Position numbers and translations under genes: made by a program
Shown: positions 22,501 through 34,399 of the stretch, one piece after another
How the letters are laid out: each line of letters starts with the position of its first letter
How positions within the stretch are numbered: the first letter of the stretch is position 1
Notes under the pieces: model-generated
Database searches by the model: none
What the model was told of the DNA's origin: nothing
The model's input: the letters and a program-made list of their open reading frames with translations, nothing else
Assembly (NCBI RefSeq): GCF_001447785.1
Contig: NW_015163612.1
Span: 1,098,430 to 1,162,429 of the forward strand
Source of the DNA: Gekko japonicus
Lineage: Eukaryota
DNA length: 64,000 nucleotides
Direction: 5' to 3'

Positions 22501-22999
22501 GGAATGCGTTTTGGAATAATTTAATTAATCTTTAGGTATCACTGGACTGTTGTGCCTCTAACAGTAGTCTGAGATGAAGTAAAGAAGAAAGTGAGTGAAA
22601 TTTTTTGTGGTATAGATATAAAGTGACAGGAAAAGCTTTGCTTGGTTATTTTTTTTGTCAAGACAGGTTGCCATAAAAGGCATTAGAGCAGGTCCTTTCC
22701 AGGGAAACGGCTGGATGGCACACGATCCAGCAACCTTCCTGAAGCTCAGCAGATCTGGTCTGGCTGGTGCCTGTTTGGGAGGGTCCCTTATATGTGCAGC
22801 TTTTATTTACTTACTGAATACACTAGGGAAAAGGCCCGTTGTGGAAATAAATACAACAGCCTCTAGAAAGAGGCTCTGGGCGGGTGCCCCGGCCTTGGAC
22901 ACTCAGTATCAATTTGCTGTGGCGACCTCAGCAGGGTATAATGAGCAGCAAATTAGCACCCTTTACCTATACGTATGGACTGTTAACTTCCATTTCAAT

Positions 23000-23085
23000 G
23001 TATCTGAAGAAGTGTGTATGCACATGAAAGCTTATGCCTTGAATAAAACTTTGTTGGTCTTAAAGGTGCCACTGGACTCAAGTTT
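23000..23085 (+). mobile_element. Penelope-like terminal fragment with minimal hammerhead ribozyme motif
   Basis: GTAT CTGAAGA A GTGTG TATG CACAT GAAA GCT T ATGC, then AATAAA and GTTGGTCTTAAAGGTGCCACTGGA. Confidence 0.7.
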
Positions 23086-24364
23086 TATCCTCTGTTATGT
23101 GTAATAAACAAATCAGTTCCAGTTCTTTGCACAGGGAATCACACCTGAAAGACTTATGACAGGATTCACATCAAGTGTCTCTCTGCTAAAACTTCTCCAT
23201 CCCCTTCTCCCTGGGATGTAGCCTACATACCAGCAGTGATCAGGGGGATTATTAACCCAAAGGAGCTCCCCCCTCCCCTTTGCTAGTACAGAAGGTGCAG
23301 ACATTGGAGCCTCCGCCCTCTCAGCCCTTCCCGGTGTGTAGGGTCGCCATAGATCCCCCATCTTCCATAACCCATTCAAACAGAGACAAAACAATGGAAC
23401 AATCCAAACATTTATTGAATGGGATGTTCAGCATTCTGAACAAAGTCTCTCATTCTCTTGTTCTTGAAAGGCTCCTGTGCCTTTGAAAGATGCACTGACA
23501 GGTGGAAGAATTACAGGTAGAACGGTCCCTGTCACTACATGCCCATGCTAAGGACAACTATAGTGCTCAAACTGTTGTCTGTTGAGCAGCTTGCAATGGT
23601 GACGGAGCCAAGCTACAACAATAAAGTTGGTGTCTAAACAAGAAAGCAGCCAGATGTACACTGGTCACTGCAGCTGTTGGTCCTGCTGTAGACTCAGCAG
23701 GTGGTTGGCGCTGTACTGTGAATGGCATCAGTCCTGGCTCTGTTTCTGCTGGAAGGCTGCCTGGAAAGAACCAAAGGAGTTGGTGGTACTGGTGCCAGGC
23801 AGGCAGAATGTAAGTTGAAGGAGGTGAAGATACTATACCCTGCCCCTCCTCTGGAATGCCCCAGCNNNNNNNNNNNNNNNNNNNNNNNNNNNNNNNNNNN
23901 NNNNNNNNACACCAGAGTACTGTTGGCATATCTCCAGTTAAACTAGCATATCTTTGAGTTATGCCAACATATCATCACAGCGAATGTGGGTCTTACTGGC
24001 TATCTTAATCCATTTACATACTGTCCTTACAATTGTAAACAGAGGTGACAGTTATTTTGTCCTCATTGGATATCTGTTGCTGGGATTATTCAATGAGATG
24101 GCAAAGCCAGAAGAAACAGCAACTCTATTAATTGTGCAACTAACTGCACAATTAACACTCCTCCACCCTTCACCAAATCACTAGAATCAGATCCAGCAGG
24201 GCAGCCACTTCATCTGTGGCAGAAAACCATAAAGAAGATTTGTGGTGCCCTATTGGCTAACAGATTTATTGTGGCAATCAGCTTTCTAGACTTTGTTCAC
24301 CTTTTGAGATTGCAGCCTCACTGTTCACATTTTCCCCTCTATAAACATGTTTGCCTTGACCTGG

Positions 24365-24555
24365 GCAGCCCCGGCTAGCTCAGTCTTGTCAGACCTTAGA
24401 AGCTAAGCAGGGTCAGCCCTGGAGAGTATTTGGATGGGAGACCTCCAAGGAATAACAGGGTTGCTATGCGGAGGGCAGGCAATCACAAACCTCTGAATAT
24501 CTCTTGCCTTGGAAACCCTACAGGGTTGCCATAAACTGGGAGCGACTTGATGGCA
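24365..24555 (+). mobile_element. 5S rRNA-derived SINE (5S-Sauria-like)
   Basis: 5S head (GAAGCTAAGCAGGGTC...GTATTTGGATGGGAGACC) plus RTE-like tail (GGGTTGCCATAA...CGACTTGATGGCA). Confidence 0.8.
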
Positions 24556-26544
24556 ATAAACAAATAAACATGTTCATGTCTGTCATTTGAGTATATACCT
24601 GATGAAGTGGGCTCTAGTCGAAGGAAGCCTATGCCACAGTAATCCTTTACTCTTGAGCGATTAGAAGGGCTATGCATAACTCGGGGTATTCTGTGCCACA
24701 TCAGAATTCATCTGTCAAACAAACTCTGATAGAATTGGACCTATGGATCAGTTAGACAACGAAGCATACTTTTAAAAAGAAAAATATAGGGGATAAAATG
24801 TTAGAACCAATTTCTCTACACATCACTGCAAAGGTCAGGGAAGAAGAAATGCATCAGATATGAGAAAGTGTCTTTAGGGAGATTTTCCCTTTCGCGTAAT
24901 ATCTTTGAATGACACATGCATTTTGTGGCAATTTGAGAGCTGGCATGCTGTATACCCAGCAACTATTACAATAGCTTGGATATTGAAGGTTAAAGTGGGA
25001 AAAGATTTAAAACCTTGAGATGTTTCCATGATGCAGAACAGAAATTACTTTACAGCCAGAAGCCCTAACCAAAAGAATCCCTACTGACCCAAAAGGTCTC
25101 GATAAAATAATATTTTCAGTAGAACAAGCATTCCCCTTTTCCCCAAGCCTATTCTGTCTCTGAAATGTTTGGTTATATCAGAAGAAATCCTTAATGGAGT
25201 GAGATGAAACTCATTCATTGACAGAAAACTCCCACGGTCTTCTCTTTCGCTGGCAACTGAGAGTGCAATCCTTTGCAGAATTAGTCCACTCTGAACTCAT
25301 TGGTTTCAATGCACATAGACTGGAGTAAGACTGCATAGGATGGCACTAGCAGTTTCTCAGTGCTGGGCCAGTTTTTAAGAGCTACAGGATCTCTCCCAAG
25401 GTAGGTCATCTGTGCTGCCCAGTTTATTTTCACTGAGACACATTTGTAGGAGGAAAACCTTTGTCATAGGGCAGGGTCACCATAAGGCCAGGCTACTAGT
25501 AGAGACATACTACCAACAGCTGAAAGGCACAGATGGCAGTAGAGGACTAACATAGGGGGCAGTCCCCCACACCACCAACTTCACCAAAGAACATTCTCAC
25601 CTAACTGTTAATGCTGGCCCCAACAGATGCCACAATGTTTGATGACACTTCTTTTATTGAGCAGAAGAAACGGAATAGTGCATCACAGCCACTAGCTTTA
25701 ATTTATATAGAGAGAGCCGCTTTGAGGTTCAATCTGTCTCAAAAGCAAGCAATTGATATAATGTATAGTCAGTGAACTATGACAAACATTTCCCTGTATT
25801 GGTATGTTATATCTTATAGTCAACATACTTCAAAAGGAGGTTTAGGGTTAACATTTATTCTCAGTTCTTCAGTCTTAAATGTGACACCATGCAGTGGCTG
25901 TGCTATGAAACCTTTATTTATTTAGAACATGTTTATGCTGTTATGACAACCTCATCCTCTTAACTTATGAAATGGCACACAAGGTTTTATAACATTCAAA
26001 AATAAACAAAATATTTTATTCACCATAGAGGGGAAAAGGTCAGATGAAATAAGGGGTAAAATGTCTGAGGTAAATCAGTAACTCTGAGGTAATGTAATAT
26101 GTTTGTAAACTACAGTTCATATGTTTCGAGCAACTGAGAGTTTTAAACTTTTCAGAGTCTTAGAATCTTTCAGATGAGAGGTTTTGGTTTCAGTGTCTCC
26201 TAAACACTCCAGTATAGCTTGTTGAGTTTAAACTGACTTTTCAGGTTTCAGAAGGCAGAGATTCACTACCAAGCACCTTCAGTCTCCTTGCTGATACACA
26301 ATGCAAAACTGGGAAGTGTCTTACCATATGTCAGTAAACATACAGTATTGTTATGTTTGTATGAGCCTCTGTGTGGTGCAGAGAGGGAATGTAGCAGCTA
26401 TAGAGTGTTCACACATGTAGCTCCAGTGCAGATTCAGAGTCTCAAAGTTCAGCTGTTGAATTCAGCCCCATTCCTTTCAAGAGCAAGAGCTCTACAGTCT
26501 GCCAGGCCTTGAGGCTCAGAATAATTCACTTCAAATGGGTGCAG

Positions 26545-26563
26545 AGTGCCACCTAGTGGCTGT
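26545..26563 (-). promoter_or_regulatory. CTCF motif
   Basis: Minus strand ACAGCCACTAGGTGGCACT closely matches the CTCF core CCACYAGRKGGC. Confidence 0.65.
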
Positions 26564-27187
26564 AATGAGCAATATATGGTCTCAATTCCCCCCTCCTTCA
26601 ATTAACTGAGTTGATATGACACAAGCATACCGTGGAGACAAGGAAATGATGATTCCAGTTTTTGTCCAATGACTGCTATGAGCTGGCAAGGGTTTGGCTT
26701 GAATTTCTTAGTGTGAAATGTGACCTGTTGTTTGCAGTAGATTTTGGAAAGGATGTTAACAGGGGCAGCCAGGCAAACTGAACGGATACACAGTTTGACC
26801 ACAGCAGTTCTAATGGCACACGGGCACATAGTTTCCATCCCCAGTGGTGGTGCATGTTGGGGGCAGAATCCATTCCTCAAGCATTGCTGGGCAGTGACAG
26901 AGAAGAAAGAAAGGCCCCTTCCCACAGGATAGAGCTGGAGGTAGGCTGGGGTTGCATGGTGCAAACTTGATATCTGGAGAGGCAATGTGCAGCTGGGGAA
27001 CAGACCAGGGCTGTCATAAGGAAAATTCTGCTTCCCTGTCTTCATTTTCAAGCCCACTCATTATAACAGATAATTGCTACAGAACCAGTAAGTAGGTTTG
27101 TGCTAGCAGTGGCTGAACTTGCCTTTTGATCAGCACTGGGCAGAGAAGGATACGATGCACGATGCACCAGCTGCATATACTGCTCAC

Positions 27188-27206
27188 ACACGCCATCTAG
27201 TGGCCT
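27188..27206 (-). promoter_or_regulatory. CTCF motif
   Basis: Minus strand AGGCCACTAGATGGCGTGT; same orientation as the 26545 site. Confidence 0.62.
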
Positions 27207-27382
27207 CCCCTGGTACAGCCTGTCCTATTTACCAGCTTTATAGCTGGGAGTAAAACCACTGGTAAAAATAGTCATTGTGCCCCATCCAATATATTTTGTT
27301 CCTGGTACGGTTGCCTCATGGAATGACTGTATAAAGCAGATGGTGAAAATAATACGTGCAGTGTACTTTAAATAATACAACC

Positions 27383-27388
27383 TTTATT
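27383..27388 (-). terminator. PKIB: Candidate distal PKIB polyadenylation signal (a proximal one lies at 29101-29096)
   Basis: AATAAA on the minus strand ~2 kb past the stop, followed by U/GU-rich sequence; usage not provable from DNA. Confidence 0.4.
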
Positions 27389-29345
27389 ATAAAACACGGA
27401 TCAATCCTTTGGTACAGGCAAAATCTACAACGAAGGAAATGATTTCATTACAATGATTGTAACAGAACCAGTCATGAATCAGTAATTCCACATTCCTAAC
27501 TCAGATGAAAAGCTTGTGTTCTGGGGCCTTGTGAAGAGATGAGTGATGAAAGACACAACTGAGCAAAAGAGATGATAACAGATTTTCATTTTTCATGCCA
27601 AAATAAACCCAATTTAAAATAATTTACAGATGCCACAAGAGTATGTTAAAAACTTATGGACAAACAAAACGCCAAGATCACTTAGGGCTGAATTACACAA
27701 AAGCATTGGTGTTTGGAGGGAGGAGAAGATGATATGTCTAAATCTTCCTCCTTTACCATTTTTTCTAGCAAAATACCCTCTGGCTTTTTTTTTTTTTAAC
27801 CCCAAGGGGGGAAAATAACCCCCTTTATGGTGTAAACAGCATTTGGGGGGCATTTTCATCAATAAAACAGCACAAGGGGGCGGCTAAATTCTGGCTTCCT
27901 CTACTGCATCTCTTCTCCCTCCATCCTGTTTCAACTCAGTAAAAAAACAAAAGTTGGGAGATTAATCATGGCTGTCCTATATAACATACAGTTTGGCCCA
28001 GAAGAGGTCAAATATGAGAGAGGGGCAGTCCAGTCAAAGGGATTCCATACTCCTATGTGATCTCAGTGCATCCTGATATTTTGAAAGGATGAGGAAAGAG
28101 CATTTTTCATTTTTCTCTGTGCCCTTGTGCCTCTCTAGTGAGAGTTCAAGCCTTAGAAGGTCTTCATGAGGTTATAGACAGATGACATTCCATTTCCTTT
28201 AAAGATCAAACAGCCTGGCCTGGCACAAATACAGTGTGCTCCAGATTCTGTGGGAACAACCTTTGAGGTCTGGGGAGGGGGATAGATAAAGAGGTTATTT
28301 TTTTAAAAAAAACAATCAATCAATAAGAAGGGCCTTTCCAGCCAATAGCATAATAAAGGTGCAGTTGCTATGGAGAATCCAGAGGTCTTTCTCCTGTTTC
28401 GGGACATCACATTTTAACAGCTCACAATGTGCAAAATTCTCTTGCTAGGAAGAGATTCCCCCCTCAGCAAGCACATCTGTCACCATTGTGATTTCCGTGT
28501 GGAATGTGGTTAACATGAGAGTCGTGGAAACCCACAAGATTCTGCCTATGACATCCTTCCAGTATCTTCAAATGTTGGGCTCGATCCTAAAAGTCTTCTC
28601 TGCTGGCACATTCCGCTGGTGCAAAGAACGGCCCGCTAGTGCAAGAGTCTCCTCCACTGGTGGAAGAGTCTGTGGTGTTAGCAGAAAGTTCAAGAGGTAA
28701 GCGTCCAGCCACAGCAGAGTGGACCGCTATGATCCAGCGCATTGCATCCTATTCTGGAGTACTGGGAGGTTTACTGATTGGCATTCTCCTGGCCACTGTG
28801 CCACTGAAGCAGAGGAGTTCCCATGAAACTCTACAAGCAAGTGGTGAACAATACCAGACAGTGTCCTACCATTCCGTAACCGTTTGCCCTTCTAAAAATC
28901 TTTACTTCATTCTAGGGTGCCTCTTTAAGACTGGAGTTGATTTCTCCCATGGTTTATGAATACACTATTCAGCTGCAGCACAGTGTACATGCATTTTGGA
29001 TATTGGCTCTGGATTGGGTTTAATAATGTTTTAAATTCCATTTTTAGCTATCGTCTGTAAAGGTCCAAGTAGGTATTTTTGTTGGGTTGTGCTTATTTAT
29101 TTACACCATCAAAAAGAATATGATGGACAGAAAACAATTCTAAAACCTTAACAGATATTCTCCAGATTGTCATGGGCAGCAATTTGCACACAGGTACGTT
29201 GCTATGTGATGGATTGGGTAACATCATAAACCCCTTAAGCAGCTTCTATTATCACCCAGCTAACAATATTGAGTCATTCAGAGTCCAGTACAGATTGAAA
29301 ACAAAATCAGATGGTGATCATCACAAGCCAAGGCATCCTTAGACA

Positions 29346-29431
29346 TCAGGAATCCATGCTTTTTCCTTCTGCTTCTTGATTTTCCATTGCAGTGTCAGAG
29401 CATGACGGTTCTCCACCTTCAGCTCCTTCAT
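29346..29431 (-). CDS. PKIB: PKIB last coding exon
   Basis: Acceptor CTCTTCAG ending at 29432; (D)EGAEGGEPSCSDTAMENQEAEGKSMDS*. Confidence 0.9.
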
Positions 29432-30724
29432 CTGAAGAGATGTGCATATGAGAAAGAACATATTAGATGTGCATGGAATAGCTGGGTCATAATATTCAGA
29501 TCAACAGTATGGGTATATAACTACAGAATTCAGATAATCTGGGAAGACACATAATAAAGTTCAGATAATGTTAGTTTCCCTGCAGGGCCACCTCTCTCGG
29601 TTATGTTCCAGTGCAGGAGTTGTATTCCTCTGACCAAACACTACTTACTGTGCCTTCATGTAGGCTGGTGTGGACTTCCTTGGCCCCTCTGTGGCAGTGC
29701 CCACATTGGTGGGAAAGCCTCCCTGACTTAGCCAGAAAGGCACTCACTTCGTTAACATTCAGGAAATTATGTAAGGATAAACTTTTCAAGAGGTCTTTTT
29801 AATTGATGTATAATTTTATGTGGAGCATCATGACAGACTGCATGACTGTAAAACGTTTGTGTTCTACCGTGTTTCCCCGAAAATAAGACACTGTCTTATA
29901 TTTCTTTTTTCTCAAGAAGACACACTAGGGCTTATACCACAAATGCATAGAAATCCTGCTAGGGCTTATTTTTTGGGTAGGTCTTATTTTCGGGGAAACA
30001 AGGTAGTTTTCAATTATTTAGATTTTTAAATAATTGCTATGGCTTTAACCTTGTGTTAGCTGCTTTGAGACTGCTTGTGGAGGAGAAATGCATCTTAAGT
30101 AAATAATTAAATGTGTAACAGTGCAAATCTAAACAGAGTCACCACTTCGAAGTCCAATGAAGTCTTCTTAGGATGGCACTGTAAATGATACAATACCTTT
30201 TTGGAGATATATGGACTGTAGATATATGATCCCTCCTTCCTCCTCAGTGTTTAAAGCTGTTTTTATCTTTTGTACTTACTTCAAGCTTTGGTTTTAACTT
30301 GTTTTCATGATGCATTTGTGTGTTGGTTTTAATGACTTTAAAGATATTTTCATTTGTATGTTTTATTAGCCACCTTGGTAGTCCCCTGGGGGCAGAAAGG
30401 TGGGGTAAAAATCTTGATGATAAATAACAAAGAAATATGAATTAGGCAGCCATTCCACATAATCATAAATTGGCTCGCAGGCTTCATATCAGTGGCACAG
30501 TCACTAAGAAGGAATAAAATCTCAGCAATCAAGAAGGGTAACTCCCTGCTTCTCAAGAATGGGAAGGCATTACCTTCTGACATGGACAGTTCAGCTAATT
30601 TAAGTGGCAGTTCAGATGTGCCAGCTCCCGCAGCAGAAGAACCCAGGATGTCTGGTAAGGCATTTCGGCGGCCTGCTCTTCCCGATGCTGCAAAATCTGT
30701 GACCACAGGCTCCACATCAGTCAT
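29346..30724 (-). CDS. PKIB: cAMP-dependent protein kinase inhibitor beta, 78 aa: join(complement 30574-30724, 29346-29431)
   Basis: MTDVEPVVTDFAASGRAGRRNALPDILGSSAAGAGTSELPLKLAELSMSEDEGAEGGEPSCSDTAMENQEAEGKSMDS*; PKA pseudosubstrate GRRNA; Leu-rich NES LPLKLAELSM; phase-1 GT-AG intron; upstream of FABP7 as in other vertebrates. Confidence 0.95.
29867..30003. mobile_element. Tc1/mariner-superfamily (Tc2/pogo-like) MITE in PKIB intron
   Basis: 23-bp TIR CCGTGTTTCCCCGAAAATAAGAC / GTCTTATTTTCGGGGAAACAAGG, flanked by TA on both sides. Confidence 0.88.
30574..30724 (-). CDS. PKIB: PKIB first coding exon (exon begins at 30751 after AG acceptor)
   Basis: Acceptor TTTTTGGCAG ending at 30752; donor GTAAT at 30573; pseudosubstrate and NES motifs. 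Confidence 0.95.
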
Positions 30725-32392
30725 TTCTGACTTCTTTCCTCATAGCAACATCTGCCAAAAAGCACACAGGGTTTTTTTTGGTTTTTTTTAAGTTCCTCTG
30801 TTTCTGCAGTCTGGTGTCAGGACATGAAGTAATCCTGTTATTTAACAGAAAAAGGTAGCTTGTCTTTTGTGCACTGAAATGTCAGCTGGCTGTGGAAGTG
30901 ATTAACCAGTTCTTCCTCAGTAAATGTCAGAGGCCTCAATACACCAATGCTGAAACTTTATCCCAAGAATCTATTTCACTTGTCTTTCTTCACTTCCCCT
31001 TTGTATTTTGACCACCAAACATACAAAGCATAATAGAAAAGTCACAACATTAATTAACAGCCCAAAGAAAGTCACTTGTAAATTTCCCATGAGTCTACTT
31101 GGAATGATCTCTCTCTCCCCCCCTCCCTCTGTACTTTGAGAACAGTTTTACCAATCAACAGGGAGGGCATTCAACTGTATTGTCTCATCTCAGAGGAGCA
31201 TTTCATGCACTGTTTTAGGCTAAAACAAAATTTCCCCAAAATTTAAGCTAGCTGCAAAAGAGGGCTTTGTTAAAAAAATATGTGCTACAACTGGGCATTT
31301 AGGTGCTAATAAGAAAAAAAGGAGGTGCAACTTTTCCATGTTATACAAAGAGATCATTTCCTGCCGGAGCGCCCATGCAGGCATGTCTGCCTCTCCCCCT
31401 GAGCCTCTCCGCTTTTGTGGAGAGACTCAGGGAAGAGGAGGGATTTAAACTCATTTGCATATGCCTTAACTAATTTTAAACATGCCTGCTCTTTGTCAGG
31501 GGGTGTGGCATATGCAAATGAGTTATGCAAATGAGCTCCTGCACCTCTTTTTTTAGGAAATGACCCCTGGTTATACATATATAGTTAGTGAGATATGGTA
31601 GCACATCTTTCAGAAGAGATTTTGAAACATTAACATGAGATACCTATTGCCTTACAACCTAGAAATTATATTTAGATCATTCAGGATAGGGGAAGAAATG
31701 AGTATAGTTCTATCATCACATAACTGCAGGAAGGATTCCCCAACCACTTTAGGAGGCTTTCCCGTTATTGCTAGGCTACAAAGGGCTCTTCCACAAAGAA
31801 CCAATAATGCTCAAGTGTAGAAACAGAGCTGTGTCAATCAGATCCCATAATCTGGGGAGAATGCAGCAAAGGATAGAAGAGAGACCCAGTGGAAAACTAG
31901 GCATGTGGATCTGTATGATGGAGGACATGTTGTGAATCATCTCTCCTATATTATAATCCTGTTTTGGGGTGGCAAGATTCGATGAGCACCAAAATCAGTT
32001 GGCTGCCTGAACTGCCACTCAGAAACTGGTCCCTGGCCACTGGCTGAGTTGCCTTGCTGCGTTGGCTCAGTCCCATCCACAGAGCCGGCGGACAGCCTCT
32101 CGCACTCAGTATGTAGGGAGCTGCCAGACTGGATGGACGCTCCAGCGGCTGGAGTCTTAGGAGGCCGAGGCCATTCCTGCCACCACCGTGGCGGTTGTCG
32201 TCGTCCCTAGCTGACTGCAGGTAGCTACCTGTCCTGTGACCGGACGGGGCCCGGTGTGCTGCCAGGGCAGAGGGTGGTGGAGGCGACCCACAGGCCGCCG
32301 CCAACCGCCCGGGCCGGTAGCCAGTGGTGGGGCATTCCCTTGACCCCAGGGTCTGGGGAGGGGAGAGAAAGCGTGGGATGGGGGGGAAGTCT

Positions 32393-32694
32393 CCTGTTTG
32401 GTGTAATGGTTTGGTGTAGTGGTTAAGTGCGCGGACTCTAATCTGGGAGAACCGGATTTGATTCCCCACTCCTCCACTTTCAGCTGCTGGTGTGACCATG
32501 GGCAAGCCATGGTTCTGGCACCGCTGTCCTTGAAAAAGAGCAGTTTCTGTCAGAGCTCTCTCAACCCCACCTACCTCACAGGGTGTCTGTTGTGGGGAGG
32601 GGAAGAGAAAGGAGTTTGTAAGCCGCTCTGAGACTCCCTTGGGTAGTGAAGGGCGGGGTATAAATCCAATCTCTTCTCTTCTTCTTCTTCTTCT
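32393..32694 (+). mobile_element. Squam3-type tRNA-derived SINE (gecko-like subfamily)
   Basis: A box TGGTGTAGTGGTTAAG, B-box-like GGATTTGATTCCC, ACCTCACAGGGTGTCTGTTGTGGGG body, L2-like 3' end, (CTT)n tail. Confidence 0.8.
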
Positions 32695-33826
32695 GTCTTT
32701 CTAGCATTCGTTGTATTGTCCCTACTCCACACACTGCTCCTAGTATATATAATTCCCTTACGTAATTCCCATTTCCAGATCTCTCATTGGCTGTGCAGTG
32801 CGCTCCATCAGCCATTGGCCCATCAACCGCCACTCAAGAATACTTGCATGCCATTTGCTGGGTGCTAGGTCCACTCCTCTCCCCCGCCCACTGCCAGCTT
32901 GGCCACTTTCCTGTTAGAATAAACTGCAAAAACAGCTGTCTCTCCTGCTTGGCTCCACCATGGCTGCTGGCTACTGAGTTGGGCCAGCGGCCGTCAAAAC
33001 ATTCTCTTCAACGCTCTGCTGTGCGGCTGACTTTTTTCTAGAGTTGCCAATCTTTGGGTGGGACCTGGAGATCTCCCGCTGTTACAATTGATCTCCAGAT
33101 GACAGAGATCAGTTCCCCTGGAGAAAATGCCTGCTTTGGAGGGTAGACCCTATGGCAGGGGTGGCCAAAGTTGCTTCATGTAAGAGCCACATAGAATTAA
33201 TTTCAGATGTTTGAGAGCCACAAGACATGAACAAATATTACACACACGTTTTTATTGGAAAATATGCAAATTTGCTTTTTATTAACATTAAATGAGACTG
33301 CCAAAAATAAAAACAAAAGGGGGTAAAAACAGATATTGATAATGATATTTATTTCTCCAATGATATTTATTTGTCTAAGAGAGAGAGAGGTGGAAAGAAT
33401 GAAAGAGATGGAAGGAAAGAGAGAAAAGAGAGAAAAACAAAGAAAGTAAATAGATGGGGAGGGAGAGGAAGGGAGGGAGAGAGAAAGAGAGAAAGAAAGG
33501 AAAGGAAGAAAGAGAGAGAAAGGTGGATAGAAAGAGGTAAGAGAGAGAGAAACAAAGAAAGTAAATAGATGGGGAGGGGGAGGAAGGGGGAGAGAGAGAG
33601 AGAAAGGTGGAAAGAAAGAGGTGGAAAGAAAGCAGATAGATGGGGGGGAGTGTTAAAATGGGGACAGAGGGAGGGTGAAGGAAGAGTAGGGGGAAAAATC
33701 AACTTTAACTTCAAATGTGTTCTCCACACACACACCCATGCCAGCTGGGCTGGCTTGGAGAAGGGATTTAAAGAGACAATCACCTTGTCCAAGCTGACCC
33801 ACGGGGGGGGGGGGGGTAATACACAC

Positions 33827-34399
33827 NNNNNNNNNNNNNNNNNNNNNNNNNNNNNNNNNNNNNNNNNNNNNNNNNNNNNNNNNNNNNNNNNNNNNNNNNN
33901 NNNNNNNNNNNNNNNNNNNNNNNNNNNNNNNNNNNNNNNNNNNNNNNNNNNNNNNNNNNNNNNNNNNNNNNNNNNNNNNNNNNNNNNNNNNNNNNNNNNN
34001 NNNNNNNNNNNNNNNNNNNNNNNNNNNNNNNNNNNNNNNNNNNNNNNNNNNNNNNNNNNNNNNNNNNNNNNNNNNNNNNNNNNNNNNNNNNNNNNNNNNN
34101 NNNNNNNNNNNNNNNNNNNNNNNNNNNNNNNNNNNNNNNNNNNNNNNNNNNNNNNNNNNNNNNNNNNNNNNNNNNNNNNNNNNNNNNNNNNNNNNNNNNN
34201 NNNNNNNNNNNNNNNNNNNNNNNNNNNNNNNNNNNNNNNNNNNNNNNNNNNNNNNNNNNNNNNNNNNNNNNNNNNNNNNNNNNNNNNNNNNNNNNNNNNN
34301 NNNNNNNNNNNNNNNNNNNNNNNNNNNNNNNNNNNNNNNNNNNNNNNNNNNNNNNNNNNNNNNNNNNNNNNNNNNNNNNNNNNNNNNNNNNNNNNNNNN
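33827..34399. other. Assembly gap (others: 1504-1570, 23866-23908, 43424-44129, 62772-63063)
   Basis: N runs. Confidence 1.

Noticed and set aside
30350-30573. 124-aa PKIB ORF as listed in the ORF track
   Set aside because: The part after SMSE is intron read-through; a GT donor at 30573 splices to the exon at 29431.
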